A stretch of 64,000 nucleotides of DNA from Methanomassiliicoccaceae archaeon (lineage in GTDB: Archaea; Thermoplasmatota; Thermoplasmata; Methanomassiliicoccales; UBA472), in contig CAVVVD010000007.1 in assembly GCA_963751645.1 (NCBI GenBank), positions 327,841 to 391,840 of the forward strand, read 5' to 3'. Both the position numbers and the translations under genes were made by a program. Under the pieces are notes generated by a model. That model was not told the DNA's origin. It worked only from the letters and a program-made list of their open reading frames with translations, and did no database searches. Below are positions 42,249 to 53,316 of this stretch, piece by piece; within the stretch, counting starts at the first letter, position 1; each line of letters opens with the position of its first letter.

Positions 42249-42872
42249 ATGAAAGGAATTAATCTCGGAGAACCGCCTATCGTCCTCGGAGAGAGCAAGT
42301 TGCGCGTGGAACTGGACAGGAAGGCGCTGTTCGCATTGGCCTCCGACACCAGGTTGGAGATACTGAAGGCCCTGATGTCCGAGCGCCGGACCGTCTCACA
42401 GCTCGCCGACACGCTCGGTGTGGACAAGGCGGCGGTCTATCGCCACCTGAAGAAGCTGGAGGAGGGCGATTTCGTGAAGAGGGAGGACGACCACGGGTTC
42501 GTCTATTATCGTCTGAGCTGGAAGGCCAGGGACATCATCTCGCCTGGTGAGAACACGCGCATCATCGTGCTGATATCCTCCTCCATCGTCCTGATGGTCA
42601 TAGCCGCATTCCTCCTCATCGGTCTTACGGCTGGGTCGTCCACACCATTTCAAGATGCCCAGGAGGCCGGGAATGATTATGTGCCGACAGACGGTCGAGA
42701 CCCTGGCCTGGGAGGGAACGACGACACATTGTCATATCTGGCGATCGGTCTGATCGCATCGATCTCGTTGATCTTGGTCATCTGGGCGGCCCGAACGTTA
42801 TGGCGACCGAAACAGGCCGACCCCCTCCCGGACGGGACCTTGGACGCCCAAGCGGTCGCTCTGGACGATTGA
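42249..42872 (+). CDS. ArsR-type winged-HTH regulator with two C-terminal TM helices
   Basis: ALASDTRLEILKAL...TVSQLA...AVYRHLKKL...YYRLS; then two hydrophobic segments. Confidence 0.8.
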   Translation: MKGINLGEPPIVLGESKLRVELDRKALFALASDTRLEILKALMSERRTVSQLADTLGVDKAAVYRHLKKLEEGDFVKREDDHGFVYYRLSWKARDIISPGENTRIIVLISSSIVLMVIAAFLLIGLTAGSSTPFQDAQEAGNDYVPTDGRDPGLGGNDDTLSYLAIGLIASISLILVIWAARTLWRPKQADPLPDGTLDAQAVALDD

Positions 42873-42932
42873 GCCTCTCATTTTCGCTCACCCTTGCGGC
42901 GAGCCTTTATATCTTCATTACCTGATGAAAAT

Positions 42933-43680
42933 GTGAAGTGGAAGAGCCATCGGGCCATCACCAGAGAGGTCTGTGCAGCTCTTGGTCTGGAGGACCGATA
43001 TTGCGAGCTGATGGTCGCGGGTGCGGTGGAGCCCGACCGACATCATGAGGTGAGAAGGGATCGGCGTGGTCTGTACAGAAGGGTAAGGCATCATGGCTCC
43101 CCGAACAGCGTGATCATGATGTTCGTGTGGAAGGCCCGAATGGCATTCCTGGAAGGGGACTTCGAGGAGGCCAGCCGGGACATGGGGCGGGCCCTGCATT
43201 ACATCCAGGACCGGTCGGTCTCCAAGGGTTGGCGGGGGCTATCCCATGACCGTAGGGAGGCCGCCGTCGCGGAGGTCCGGGTCCCGGTGAGGGCCATCGA
43301 GATAGGCATCGAGGGCGCGGTATCCTCGCCGATTTTCGTCCGCGAGTGCATCCTAGCCACGAAGGAGCAGCGAGAGCCAGTGCGCAGCGTCTTCCAGGCG
43401 AGCATGATATCGGCGGCGGTGGCCAAGGCCGTGGTCTCAGACCCAGACCCACCTTTTGGCCTGGAGCAGATGCTCACACGGGCAAAATGGTCCTATGTAT
43501 TTGTGGCCTGGCCGGCCGCATTGGGGGCAGGTCTGGGGATTTGTGTCCTATGTTCGAGCTACTGGACAATGGTGGGCGGTGGCCTTCCTCCCTCTGTCCT
43601 TGCTCCCTCCCATCCTCGCCTGGTCCCGCCTACGGAGATTGAGGACCGTCGCTCTCTGGTATGGGTTGACGGAACCGTGA
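42933..43680 (+). CDS. Zn-dependent phospholipase C/P1-nuclease-fold-like protein with C-terminal TM (frameshift near 43570)
   Basis: W..H N-terminus, GAVEPD, HH, GRALHYIQD, HD..E. Confidence 0.6.
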
Positions 43681-43731
43681 CCGGAAATGAATTAACCCTC
43701 GTTCCACCCTCTTACGAGGGAAGGAATACCA

Positions 43732-45108
43732 ATGAAGCTACCAGAGGACCCCTCCCTCAAGGTCGATGCTGATGCGGGCAGGCGGGCCATGATACTTTTC
43801 GAAGGTAAAGGAAGAGGTCCGGTCATCTATTGGATGAGCCGGGACCAGAGATCCTCGGACAATTGGGCCCTTTGGCATGCCTATCGGATGGCTATGGCGA
43901 GGAAGGTCGAGCTGCGCGTGGCCTTCTGTCTTGCGCCGGACTATCTGGGAGCGACGGACCGTCATTACCGCTTCATGCTTAGTGGGCTGAGGGAGCTCGA
44001 GGGCGATCTGGCCAGGAGAGGTGTTCCCTTCGACCTGCTGCAGGGAGACCCTACCAGGTTGATGCCGAGATATCTCTCGTCCCATGACGCAGGAGCGCTG
44101 GTGATGGATTTCGACCCACTCCGGACAAAGACACGATGGCGAACGGACGTAACGGAGCAGGTGGATTGCGATTGCGTGCTGGTCGATGCCCACAACATCG
44201 TGCCTTGCTGGGTGGCATCACCCAAGAAGGAGTATGCCGCGTCCACCATGCGCCCCAAGCTCGGTCGGCTCCTGCCAGAGTTCATCGGATCGCTACCTGG
44301 CCAGGTGCCGAAACTGGCCAATGCCAAGGTTAAGACCACAGTGGACTGGGCGAGCCTAATTCGCCCTGGGCCGCTGACCGGCTCTGACCAAGCCGACCAT
44401 CTCCCGGGCGAAAGGGCGGCCCGGGGTCGCCTGGAGGACCTCCTATCCTTCCGGCTCAAGGGATATGCGGAGAATCGCAACGACCCGAACTTGGACGGGC
44501 AGTCCGGGCTTTCACCGTACCTACATTTCGGGATGATCGGCGCTCAGAGGGTGGCCTTGGAGGTCAAGGCATCCCAGGCCCCATCGATCGACAAGGAGGC
44601 CTTCCTTGAGGAGCTCACCGTTCGCCGGGAGCTCTCCGACAACCTATGCCATTACGATCAGGGGTACGACAGCGTGGCATGTCTGCCATCCTGGGCCCAG
44701 ATGACGCTGCGCAAGCATGAGTCGGACAAAAGGGACTATGTCTACAGCTTGGACGAGCTCGAGGGGGCGAGAACGCACGACCCGTTATGGAATGCCGCCC
44801 AGGTGCAGATGGTCACCTCCGGCAAGATGCACGGTTATCTGAGGATGTATTGGGCCAAGAAGATACTGGAATGGAGCAGGACGGCGGGGGAGGCCATCAC
44901 TAGCGCGATCATCCTGAACGACCGCTATGAGCTGGACGGCCGCGACCCCAACGGATATGCTGGCATCGCCTGGAGCATAGGTGGGTTGCACGACCGAGCC
45001 TGGCCTGAGCGGCCTATTTTCGGAAAGGTCCGGTACATGAACCTCAATGGTGCCAGGCATAAGTTTGATGTGGACAGGTACGTCGAACGCTGGTCGGTCG
45101 GTACCTAA
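43732..45108 (+). CDS. phrB: Class II CPD photolyase
   Basis: YWMSRDQR..DNWAL, VDAHNIVP, SGLSPYLHFG, RRELSDN, GKMHGYLRMYWAKKILEW, LDGRDPNGY, FGKVRYM. Confidence 0.93.
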   Translation: MKLPEDPSLKVDADAGRRAMILFEGKGRGPVIYWMSRDQRSSDNWALWHAYRMAMARKVELRVAFCLAPDYLGATDRHYRFMLSGLRELEGDLARRGVPFDLLQGDPTRLMPRYLSSHDAGALVMDFDPLRTKTRWRTDVTEQVDCDCVLVDAHNIVPCWVASPKKEYAASTMRPKLGRLLPEFIGSLPGQVPKLANAKVKTTVDWASLIRPGPLTGSDQADHLPGERAARGRLEDLLSFRLKGYAENRNDPNLDGQSGLSPYLHFGMIGAQRVALEVKASQAPSIDKEAFLEELTVRRELSDNLCHYDQGYDSVACLPSWAQMTLRKHESDKRDYVYSLDELEGARTHDPLWNAAQVQMVTSGKMHGYLRMYWAKKILEWSRTAGEAITSAIILNDRYELDGRDPNGYAGIAWSIGGLHDRAWPERPIFGKVRYMNLNGARHKFDVDRYVERWSVGT

Positions 45109-46658
45109 CGGATCTCGATCCCCACGCCCTTCTCTGGGACGACGACATTATGCGCGATCGACCGGAACCGCTCCGGATGTGCTGTATGGACCGGGATCAC
45201 CATCTCCGCGCCGATCCGTTCCAGGACCTTGGCGAGGTCCTCCGTGCTCAGGTGACCGGAGGCATGGTATCCCTTCGTGAAGCTGGGGCCATCTCGTCCC
45301 ATGGTGAAACCGACCGCCTCCATGTCGAAATACCTGATCCAGTTCCAAAGACGCTGGAAGTCGAAGACGGACTCCTCTGTGTACGCCTCGCTGCTGGAAT
45401 AGATGTAGACCCCACCGCGCGGGGCGACGTCCAATAGGTCGTTCATGTCAGGATAGGAGAAACAGAGCAGGTGATCGCCCGGTGCGGCGGCGATCTCCCT
45501 GGGGTCCAGTAGGCCATCCTGATGGTCATGGGCCGCCCTTTCCTCTGCGCCCGCCTCATCCGTTCTGACCCGGTCGAAGATATGGACGTCCCGCATGCGG
45601 TCCGCTCCGTCCACACGGCTCACCGCATCGAGAAGATAAGCGTCCTTCTTCGAGACCACCAGCTTCCTTCCCAACTCAGAGGCGATCTCGATGAACGTAT
45701 CGAGGCGTTCGATGTTGCGTGGCCCGAAATCGGCCACCACCAAGCCATCCACACCGTCGGAGGCTCTCAGGCAGTTCTCCTTGACCTCATCCTCAGTGAC
45801 CTCCGCGTCACCCTCCCTCTCTATGCGGGTCCCTTCCACGATCAACGCCCTTGGGGAAAGCCTCCGTGCCTCCTCCACGAACTCCCTGGACCTTTCTTGG
45901 AAACGCCCATGGAGGCGAATGTCCCCCGTGTATACCGCCCAACCCGCCTCGCTGTTTACCGCGAAGGCCGTAGCCCCATAGATGGAATGGTCGACCGGGA
46001 ACGCCTTGATCTGGAGACCGAGGCAGTCCATCCCATCCAGGTCCCGGGATGAATGGCCCTCCCCTCTTCCCAGGTCCTCGTCCCAAAGCTCTTGGAGTGG
46101 GCCATTCCCTTGCTCGGTAAGGCAATATCGTCTGGAACTGTACCTCATCCTTGAGCCCCGCCGGGCAATGATCCTACCGTCATCTGGGTCCAGACGGTCC
46201 TGGGGGCAACGGATGCAATTGTTGGCTATATGGAACCGGTTGACGTCGTTCATGGCCTTGATCAAGGCGGCGGTCATCGGGCTGCAGACGAACGGAACAT
46301 CCTCGCGTAGCAGGCCAGCCATCCCGATGTGGTCCATATGTGCATGTGAGATGAGCAATGCATCCACAGGGACCTTCTGAGCCGTGCCCAGTATCCACAT
46401 CGCTCACGACGTACTCCCTCCGATAGATGTCCAGATGAGGCACCAACCCCATGCTCAGGTAGTCGTGCAGGCCCCGTCCCCCGCGGGGTGCGATGAAGCT
46501 CTCATAGTATTTGCCCATGTGACCATAGTTCAGTCCGAAATCGAGAAGCATCCCTCTGCCATCGCATTCCAGATGGATCTTGTTCCCACCTACGCAGCCC
46601 GCTCCGTCATGGACAGTGATGATCGTCTGACTTCCCCCGACCGGTCAGATATGGCCAT
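45105..46658 (-). CDS. MBL/beta-CASP hydrolase (RNase J-like); frameshifted
   Basis: VGGNKI, LLDFG, SHAHMDH, VDHSI, YTGD, EGT, HASGH, IPVH; start approximate. Confidence 0.78.
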
Positions 46659-46724
46659 GGTGCAATAAATTGATGCCCCAGACCGTATCCGGGCCATTGA
46701 TACGGGGCGATCGTTGCCGTTCGC

Positions 46725-47515
46725 CTACCCCAATCTTTTCGTCAGCCTCTCCACCGACTGCACCAAGGAATCGATGGTCTTCGTCTCCAGGACCACGCTC
46801 ATGCCATGGGCCTGGGCGAAAAGGACCATGCCTATGATGTCGATCTCCCCGGTGAACAGGACCTGATGGTCGGTCCTGCCATCATAATCATGGAGGTGCA
46901 TGTGGGCGAGATTCCCTTCATGCCTCAATAGCACCGGTCTCTCCTTGTAACCGGTCTTGGCATCGTGCCCTACGTCCCAGGTGAGATGGAACCCGTCCAA
47001 TCTCACCAGTTCGTCCAGGACCCTAGCGATGAAGGGCAGGTCGAAGTTGCATACGTTCTCCACGCTCAATTTGATCCCATGGGAGTTCGCCCGGTCCAAT
47101 AGGGTGCCGAAAGCGCCTACGAGGTTCTCACTGAACTGCTCGTAGAACTTGTCGAATATCCACACTCGATATTTCGGCAATGTGAAATAAATTCCTGGAT
47201 TGATGTGGAAGTTCAGCAGCTCCAGCTCCGCATCGATCGCCCAATCCAGTGCTTCCATGGACCGTTCCAGCGTACCCTGCCTCACCGACGCATGGAGCGA
47301 GCCGAGGTCGAAATCATCCGGCATGTGCAACGTGAACCGCAGCCCCAGCTCCAGGAGAGCCTTCGGACCCGTCCGGCCGGCAGATTCTGCGGGAAGCAAT
47401 AGGGCATGTTCATGTTCAGTTCGACAAAGGATAGGCCCAGCTCCTGGCACAACAGTGCGTTCTCCTCCACGCTGGAGAACTCGATGAGAGCGGGCATGCC
47501 CATCTTGAGCTTCAT
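46725..47515 (-). CDS. Sugar phosphate isomerase/epimerase (AP endonuclease 2 TIM barrel); frameshifted
   Basis: MGMP, FVELNMN, SVEN, WDVGH, HMHLHD, DH, LE. Confidence 0.72.
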
Positions 47516-47795
47516 GAGAGGTCCCTCGAGACGCCCTGAAGTCTAGATGACCTCATAATCCTATCTGCCAAAATACGGGGACAAGGCCAAGGGAAAATAG
47601 CGCCCGTATTGCTTTTTCTTATAATGCGTGATCGTTGGCAGATCAACTATTGCATAGGATGAGCACATTCAACGATAGACTATCCATCGTATCTGTCCGT
47701 AATATCTCAGTTGTTTGACCGACCCGATGCTTGGATCCCAGTCCAGACCTTGAACGTCAGCTAATTATTTATCTGAACACGGACTTCGTGAGCCC

Positions 47796-49058
47796 ATGGA
47801 ACATATGACCTTCGCCCAGAAGGTACTTGCCTCGGCCAGCGGGAACAGCTCGGTCGAGCCTGGGCAGATCGTCAATTCCAAGATAGACCTGGCGATGTCA
47901 CACGAGAACGCCGCGCTCGTGTTGCGTTCCTTCCGAGAGATCGGGGCCCCCAATGTCTGGGACAGGGAGAGGATAGTGATACTCTTCGACCACCGCATCC
48001 CTGCCAATACGACCAAGGCCGCGGAAGGGCACAGGACGGTCCGGGAGTTCGTGCGCGCCGAGGGACTGCCTAACTTCTACGACATGAGAGAGGGCATCTG
48101 CCACCAGGTGCTTCCCGAGAAGGGTCACGTCCGTCCGGGAATGCTCATCGTAGGGTCGGATTCGCATACCACATCATATGGTGCCTTGGGCGCCTTCTCC
48201 ACTGGCATCGGGGCCACCGAGATGGCTTCGGTGTGGGCCACCGGGGAGCTCTGGCTGAAGGTCCCCCGCACCATCCGAATACGCTTCGAGGGCGAACTTC
48301 GGCCCGGGGTCATGTCGAAGGACGTCATTCTTCGTACCATAGGGGAACTGGGCGCGGACGGGGCGGACTACCGATGTGTGGAGTACACCGGGCCGACCGT
48401 GGACGCCATGAGCATATCCTCCCGGCTGGTCCTCTGCAACATGGCCGTGGAGATGGGCGCCAAGGCCGGGGTCTGCTTCCCCGACCGCAAGGTGCAGGAA
48501 TACCTCTCAAAGAGGACCTCGGTGAATTGGAGCCCAGTGCTCTCGGACCCAGAGGCCCCGGTGGAGAAAGGGCTGGACCAGGACGTCTCCGACCTCGGTC
48601 CCCAGGTGGCCTGCCCCCACCACGTGGACAACGTCCGACCGGTGGAGGAGGTGGAAGGCCTGCCCATAGACCAGGCGCTGATAGGGTCTTGCACCAATGG
48701 ACGGATGGAGGACCTGATCGCCGCGGCCTCACTGATCAGCGGTAACCAAGTGGCCGATGGGGTGCGCCTCATCATCGTCCCCGCCTCCCGAGAGGTCTAT
48801 CTGGAGGCGATGGAACGAGGGATATTGGCATCGTTCGTGAGGGCCGGCGCGATCGTCCTCAACCCCGGCTGCGGGCCCTGCCTCGGTGCCCACCAAGGGC
48901 TGCTGGCGCCGGGGGAGCGGGCCATCACCACCACCAACCGCAACTTCCGAGGGCGAATGGGGAGCCCAGAGGCCGAGATATATCTGGCCAGCCCGCTCAC
49001 CGTGGCCGCCAGCGCCATCAAGGGCGTCATCACCGATCCCAGGAGGCTGATGTCATGA
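47796..49058 (+). CDS. Isopropylmalate/homoaconitate hydratase family, large subunit
   Basis: DH, GICHQ, DSHTT.YGA, IGSCTNGR, PGCGPCLG, TNRNF.GR. Confidence 0.92.
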   Translation: MEHMTFAQKVLASASGNSSVEPGQIVNSKIDLAMSHENAALVLRSFREIGAPNVWDRERIVILFDHRIPANTTKAAEGHRTVREFVRAEGLPNFYDMREGICHQVLPEKGHVRPGMLIVGSDSHTTSYGALGAFSTGIGATEMASVWATGELWLKVPRTIRIRFEGELRPGVMSKDVILRTIGELGADGADYRCVEYTGPTVDAMSISSRLVLCNMAVEMGAKAGVCFPDRKVQEYLSKRTSVNWSPVLSDPEAPVEKGLDQDVSDLGPQVACPHHVDNVRPVEEVEGLPIDQALIGSCTNGRMEDLIAAASLISGNQVADGVRLIIVPASREVYLEAMERGILASFVRAGAIVLNPGCGPCLGAHQGLLAPGERAITTTNRNFRGRMGSPEAEIYLASPLTVAASAIKGVITDPRRLMS

Positions 49059-49549
49059 AGGGTCGGGTGTGGAGGTACGGGGACCACATCAACACCGACC
49101 TGATAATATCAGGCCGATACCTCGATGATTACGACCCCCGTCATCTGGCCCGGCATGCCCTGGAGGACCTGGACCCGACCTTCAGTCAGGACGTGAGGTA
49201 TGGCGACATCATCGTGGCGGGGCGCAACTTCGGCTGCGGCTCCAGCCGGGAGCAGGCACCGGTGGCGCTCAAGACGGCGGGCGTCGCCGCCGTGGTCGCC
49301 ACGAGCTTCGCCAGGATATTCTACCGTAACGCCATCAACATCGGTCTGCCGGTGGTGGAGTGCGCCGAGGCCCACGACAACTTCCATACGGGGCAGGTGG
49401 CACTGATCAACATCGACAGGGGCGTTCTGGTGAACGAGAGCACAGGGAAGGGGATGAGGTTCGAACCCTTGCCACCGTTCCTGCTCGACATCCTGAGAAG
49501 CGGTGGATTGGTGAATTCGACCAGGAAGAGGTTCCCTCCCAAGTCATGA
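49055..49549 (+). CDS. Isopropylmalate/homoaconitate hydratase family, small subunit
   Basis: [31 protein letters not shown]. Confidence 0.92.
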   Translation: MKGRVWRYGDHINTDLIISGRYLDDYDPRHLARHALEDLDPTFSQDVRYGDIIVAGRNFGCGSSREQAPVALKTAGVAAVVATSFARIFYRNAINIGLPVVECAEAHDNFHTGQVALINIDRGVLVNESTGKGMRFEPLPPFLLDILRSGGLVNSTRKRFPPKS

Positions 49550-49690
49550 TAGGGGGCGCCCACCTTCTGCCAGTGTCCTTCCAGTCAATATGCGTTTCAC
49601 TATGCCAGTACCCATCAACAGCCCCATCCCTCAGTCAAAAACTTTATAAGGACCCCGTTAATATGGGGAAACCCCCTAATAGGTGAACTA

Positions 49691-49864
49691 ATGAAATATA
49701 CCAGATTTGAGAAGGCGCGCATCATAGGTGCAAGGGCACTTCAGATTTCTTTGGGCGCGCCTGTCCTGCTGGATATCCCTGAGGGTACCATCGACCCCAT
49801 CCAGATCGCAATGATGGAGTTCGACCGGAAAGTTATTCCAATCACAGTAAAACGCGACGAATGA
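49691..49864 (+). CDS. rpoK: DNA-directed RNA polymerase subunit K (Rpo6); 57 aa, below ORF-track cutoff
   Basis: [24 protein letters not shown]...[10 protein letters not shown]...IPITVKR; AGGTGA RBS; TATA-like CTTTATAAG near 49642. Confidence 0.95.
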   Translation: MKYTRFEKARIIGARALQISLGAPVLLDIPEGTIDPIQIAMMEFDRKVIPITVKRDE

Positions 49865-49874
49865 GGGTATTGAA

Positions 49875-50486
49875 ATGAGTGAAGAGGTCAAGACAGAGCT
49901 TCTCGTGCCTGAGGATGTATACCTGACGTCTGGGGTACACATCGGTACGCAGCAGAAGAGCGCTGACATGAAGGAGTTCATTTTCAAGGTGCGGTCCGAC
50001 GGACTGTATGTCCTGGACGTGAAGCAGACCGACAACCGCATCCGTGCCGCAGCCCAGTTCATAGCCCGTTACCCAGCCGAGAAGATCCTTGTCGTATCGG
50101 CTAGGCAATACGGGCAGAAGCCGGTCCGCATGTTCTCCAAGACCATCGGGGCCATGTCCTTCGCGGACCGCCTTATCCCCGGTTCCCTTACGAACCCGAA
50201 GCTCCCCCAGTTCATCGAGCCCGATATCATCCTGGTGACCGACCCGGCCGCTGACCAGCAGGCCGTCGCCGAGGCTTTGAACATCGGGATCCCGATCGTA
50301 GCTCTCTGCGATGCCAACAACGAGACCCGCAACGTCGATCTGGTCATCCCCACCAACAACAAGGGGCGCCGTGCCTTGGCATGTGTCTACTGGCTGCTCA
50401 CCCGCGAGGTGCTCAAGGCCCGCGGTCAGATCGGTCGGGACGAGGACTACAAGCTCACCATCGACGATTTCGAAGCTTCTTTGTGA
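49875..50486 (+). CDS. rps2: 30S ribosomal protein S2
   Basis: [42 protein letters not shown]. Confidence 0.95.
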   Translation: MSEEVKTELLVPEDVYLTSGVHIGTQQKSADMKEFIFKVRSDGLYVLDVKQTDNRIRAAAQFIARYPAEKILVVSARQYGQKPVRMFSKTIGAMSFADRLIPGSLTNPKLPQFIEPDIILVTDPAADQQAVAEALNIGIPIVALCDANNETRNVDLVIPTNNKGRRALACVYWLLTREVLKARGQIGRDEDYKLTIDDFEASL

Positions 50487-50534
50487 TAGCTTCGTAAAAC
50501 CTTTATTAAACCCCTTCACGCAATAATTATCCAT

Positions 50535-51353
50535 ATGGTCAGACAGGCCGCTGTCGCCGGACAATTCTACGCTTCTCGCCCCTCTAGCCTGCGCGCTGAG
50601 GTGGAGCGTTGCTTCCTTTCACCGATAGGTCCAGGGAAACTACCACCGCATCCAAACGAGGGTCCCCGGAAGATCGTCGGGGCCATGGTCCCCCATGCAG
50701 GGCTGGTGTATTCCGGTCCGGTGGCGGCCCATGCCTATTGTGCCCTGGCCAAGGATGGAATGCCTGATACCTTCGTCGTGATCGGTCCGAACCACCACGG
50801 TGTCGGAAAAGGCGTCGCCACCACCGACGAGGACTTCGAGACCCCATTGGGAACTGTCCAGGTGGACAAGGAGATCGTCTCGAAGCTGAAAGGCGTGGTA
50901 GAACTGGACCGGACGGCCCATGTGTACGAGCACTCCATAGAGGTCCAGCTTCCATTCCTTCAGTACCTGGACCCAAATGTGACCTTCGTCCCCATCGCCA
51001 TGGCCTATCAGGACTATGAGACGGCCGTCGAGGTCGCCAAGAGCTTGCGCGGCGCGATCGAGGGAAGGGACGTGGTCATCCTCGCGTCCAGCGATATGTC
51101 CCACTATGTATCACCCCATCAGGCCAAGGTCGATGACACCAAGGTGATAGACAAGATCCTCGACCTCGATGCCAAAGGCATCTATGATGCCGTTCAGAGG
51201 CATCAGGTCAGTATGTGCGGTTACGGTCCGACGATGGCCATGGTCATGGCCTGCCGCGGCAAGAGCGCCAAGCTGCTCAAGTACGCCAACTCGGGGGACG
51301 TCCAGACGATGGACAGGGTCGTCGCGTATGCCAGCATAGCCGTGTACCGGTGA
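50535..51353 (+). CDS. MEMO1 family protein (AmmeMemoRadiSam protein B)
   Basis: AVAGQFY, PHAGL.YSG, GPNH, EHSIEVQLPFLQ, ASSDMSHY, SMCGYGP. Confidence 0.92.
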   Translation: MVRQAAVAGQFYASRPSSLRAEVERCFLSPIGPGKLPPHPNEGPRKIVGAMVPHAGLVYSGPVAAHAYCALAKDGMPDTFVVIGPNHHGVGKGVATTDEDFETPLGTVQVDKEIVSKLKGVVELDRTAHVYEHSIEVQLPFLQYLDPNVTFVPIAMAYQDYETAVEVAKSLRGAIEGRDVVILASSDMSHYVSPHQAKVDDTKVIDKILDLDAKGIYDAVQRHQVSMCGYGPTMAMVMACRGKSAKLLKYANSGDVQTMDRVVAYASIAVYR

Positions 51354-51443
51354 TCCGGTCCTTCTTTAGATACAGAGTGATTAAATAAATAAAAGGCCCA
51401 TTATAATTGATTGAGCCCTATAAGGGGTCACCAGGGTGTAACG

Positions 51444-52278
51444 ATGGAAGATCAAACATGCCCCGATTGTGGTAGGCAGAACCCTTCCGGGGCTTCATTC
51501 TGTGCCGGTTGTGGGACACATCTGGCAGCGGGCACTTCAGGAGCACAACCTCGGGTCGGAGCTCAACAAGGACCGGCAGGGGAAAGCGCGGCAAAGCAAA
51601 ATATAATATTCTCCATCCAGACGCGTACCCAGGCAGACGTGCTCTATCCTGATTGGTGGGTCGTGCTCCCACTATTGGCCTGGGCGGTCGCCTTTATTGC
51701 CGGGCTGTTCATCTGGCCGCTTGCTCTGGCTGGGTCGGTGCTTATGCTTTTCATTTATGCCTTCTTGGCCTATAAGCTGACGGATCGTTTGAACCATCAC
51801 ATCAAGCGCGAACTCATCCTACGATATAACCTGATCACATACTTCCGAGAGAAGGCGAACCAACAATACAAGCAACAATCCATCGCACCCCAACTGGCGG
51901 CAATGGAGAGCATCAATATGGAAGGCATCCTACAGGGAACAGGAGCACAACGCCCTTGGTTTTGCGATTTTAGCATTGGTCCCCTTCGTGAACCTTTACG
52001 TCCTCTATGTGCTCACTAAGTTCACTGGGCAACATGACCAACGTTGGAACGCTTTCATTCAGAACGCACAATATTGCTCCCAGCAATTCGGCATGAATGT
52101 CGTGGCACCTTCATGGAGGACCATCCCGGAGCGTTCGTTCCTCCTTTATTTCCTATTGACCATCCTGACTCTGGGCCTGTTCCTTTTCTATTGGCTCTGG
52201 AAACTGATCGACGATCCGAATGACCATTTCCGGACCCAATGGCAGTTCGAGGATTCATTGATCACTCAATTGAGGTAA
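51444..52278 (+). CDS. Zinc-ribbon + DUF4234-like membrane protein (frameshift near 51930)
   Basis: CPDCG..N...A.FC.GCG; RLNHH.KRE; ERSFLLYFLLTILTLGLFLFYW; paralog of next gene. Confidence 0.75.
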
Positions 52279-52378
52279 ATAATTTATTTTCAATAAAATA
52301 TCTATATCCCCAGGAATAGGATTATTTACCAGGGAAGTGGATAATTGAACAAATCACCTTAGAGAGGGGTGAACTAAG

Positions 52379-53239
52379 ATGGATGGATTCAAGACATGTT
52401 CTAGCTGCGGTAGACAGAACCCGGCGGATGCTCAGTGGTGCAGCAATTGCGGGGTTAGCCTCGCATCAGCCGCACCCAGCCCGACCCCGGCACAGGCTGT
52501 ACCAATACCAGCACCAACTCCAATGTATTCGGGAGGGGCGAGCAGACAACAGGTGATCAACGCGATACAGTCAAGGACCCAGTCGGACGAGATCCTTGGT
52601 ACGTTCTGGGCATTGCTGTTGTTGATCGCGGTAATTGTACAAATCGTCTTCGTGGTGATCTTCTTCCCATTGGCTTTGGTGGGGTCGCTCATTTTCGAAA
52701 TTTTGGTCATCATATTGCTCTACAAGCTCTTGAAAAGGAACGAGAATCACTTCAAGCGGGAGACTATCTTGAGGGCCGCTTTGGTTAACTACCTACGTGA
52801 GAAGGGAAACGAGACCTATAAGACACAAATGATAGGGGCTCAACTGGGCACTATGGAGAGCATAAACCAGGAGGCAGCATTCAGAGAGAAGGATCACAAC
52901 GTCATCCTGCTTATCATCCTGTTGATCATTCCAATAGTGAGTTTCTTTGCCATGCTGTACGTCCTTTACATCCTGACCAAGGAGCCCTTCGGACACGATC
53001 AGCGCTGGCATGCTTACTCCCAGAACGCCCAGGCCGCGGCTCAACAGATTGGCATGAACGTTATGATGCCCTCATGGAAGACTCTGAATGAACGGAGCTA
53101 TCTGCTCTACATCATCCTGACTTTATTCACGCTCGGCCTCTTCGCGATCTATTGGGTGTACATATTGGTGACCGATATGAACGAGCATATGGAGACCCAG
53201 TGGCAATTCGAGGACCAATTGATGCGCAACTTGATCTAA
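52379..53239 (+). CDS. Zinc-ribbon + DUF4234-like membrane protein
   Basis: CSSCG..N...A.WCSNCG; RNENHFKRE; ERSYLLYIILTLFTLGLFAIYW. Confidence 0.8.
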   Translation: MDGFKTCSSCGRQNPADAQWCSNCGVSLASAAPSPTPAQAVPIPAPTPMYSGGASRQQVINAIQSRTQSDEILGTFWALLLLIAVIVQIVFVVIFFPLALVGSLIFEILVIILLYKLLKRNENHFKRETILRAALVNYLREKGNETYKTQMIGAQLGTMESINQEAAFREKDHNVILLIILLIIPIVSFFAMLYVLYILTKEPFGHDQRWHAYSQNAQAAAQQIGMNVMMPSWKTLNERSYLLYIILTLFTLGLFAIYWVYILVTDMNEHMETQWQFEDQLMRNLI

Positions 53240-53316
53240 ACCATTTATTCTTTTTTATTTATTTTTATATATGCCATTTGTTATTAATAGTAATATTCTA
53301 ATAATTGATTCCATAG

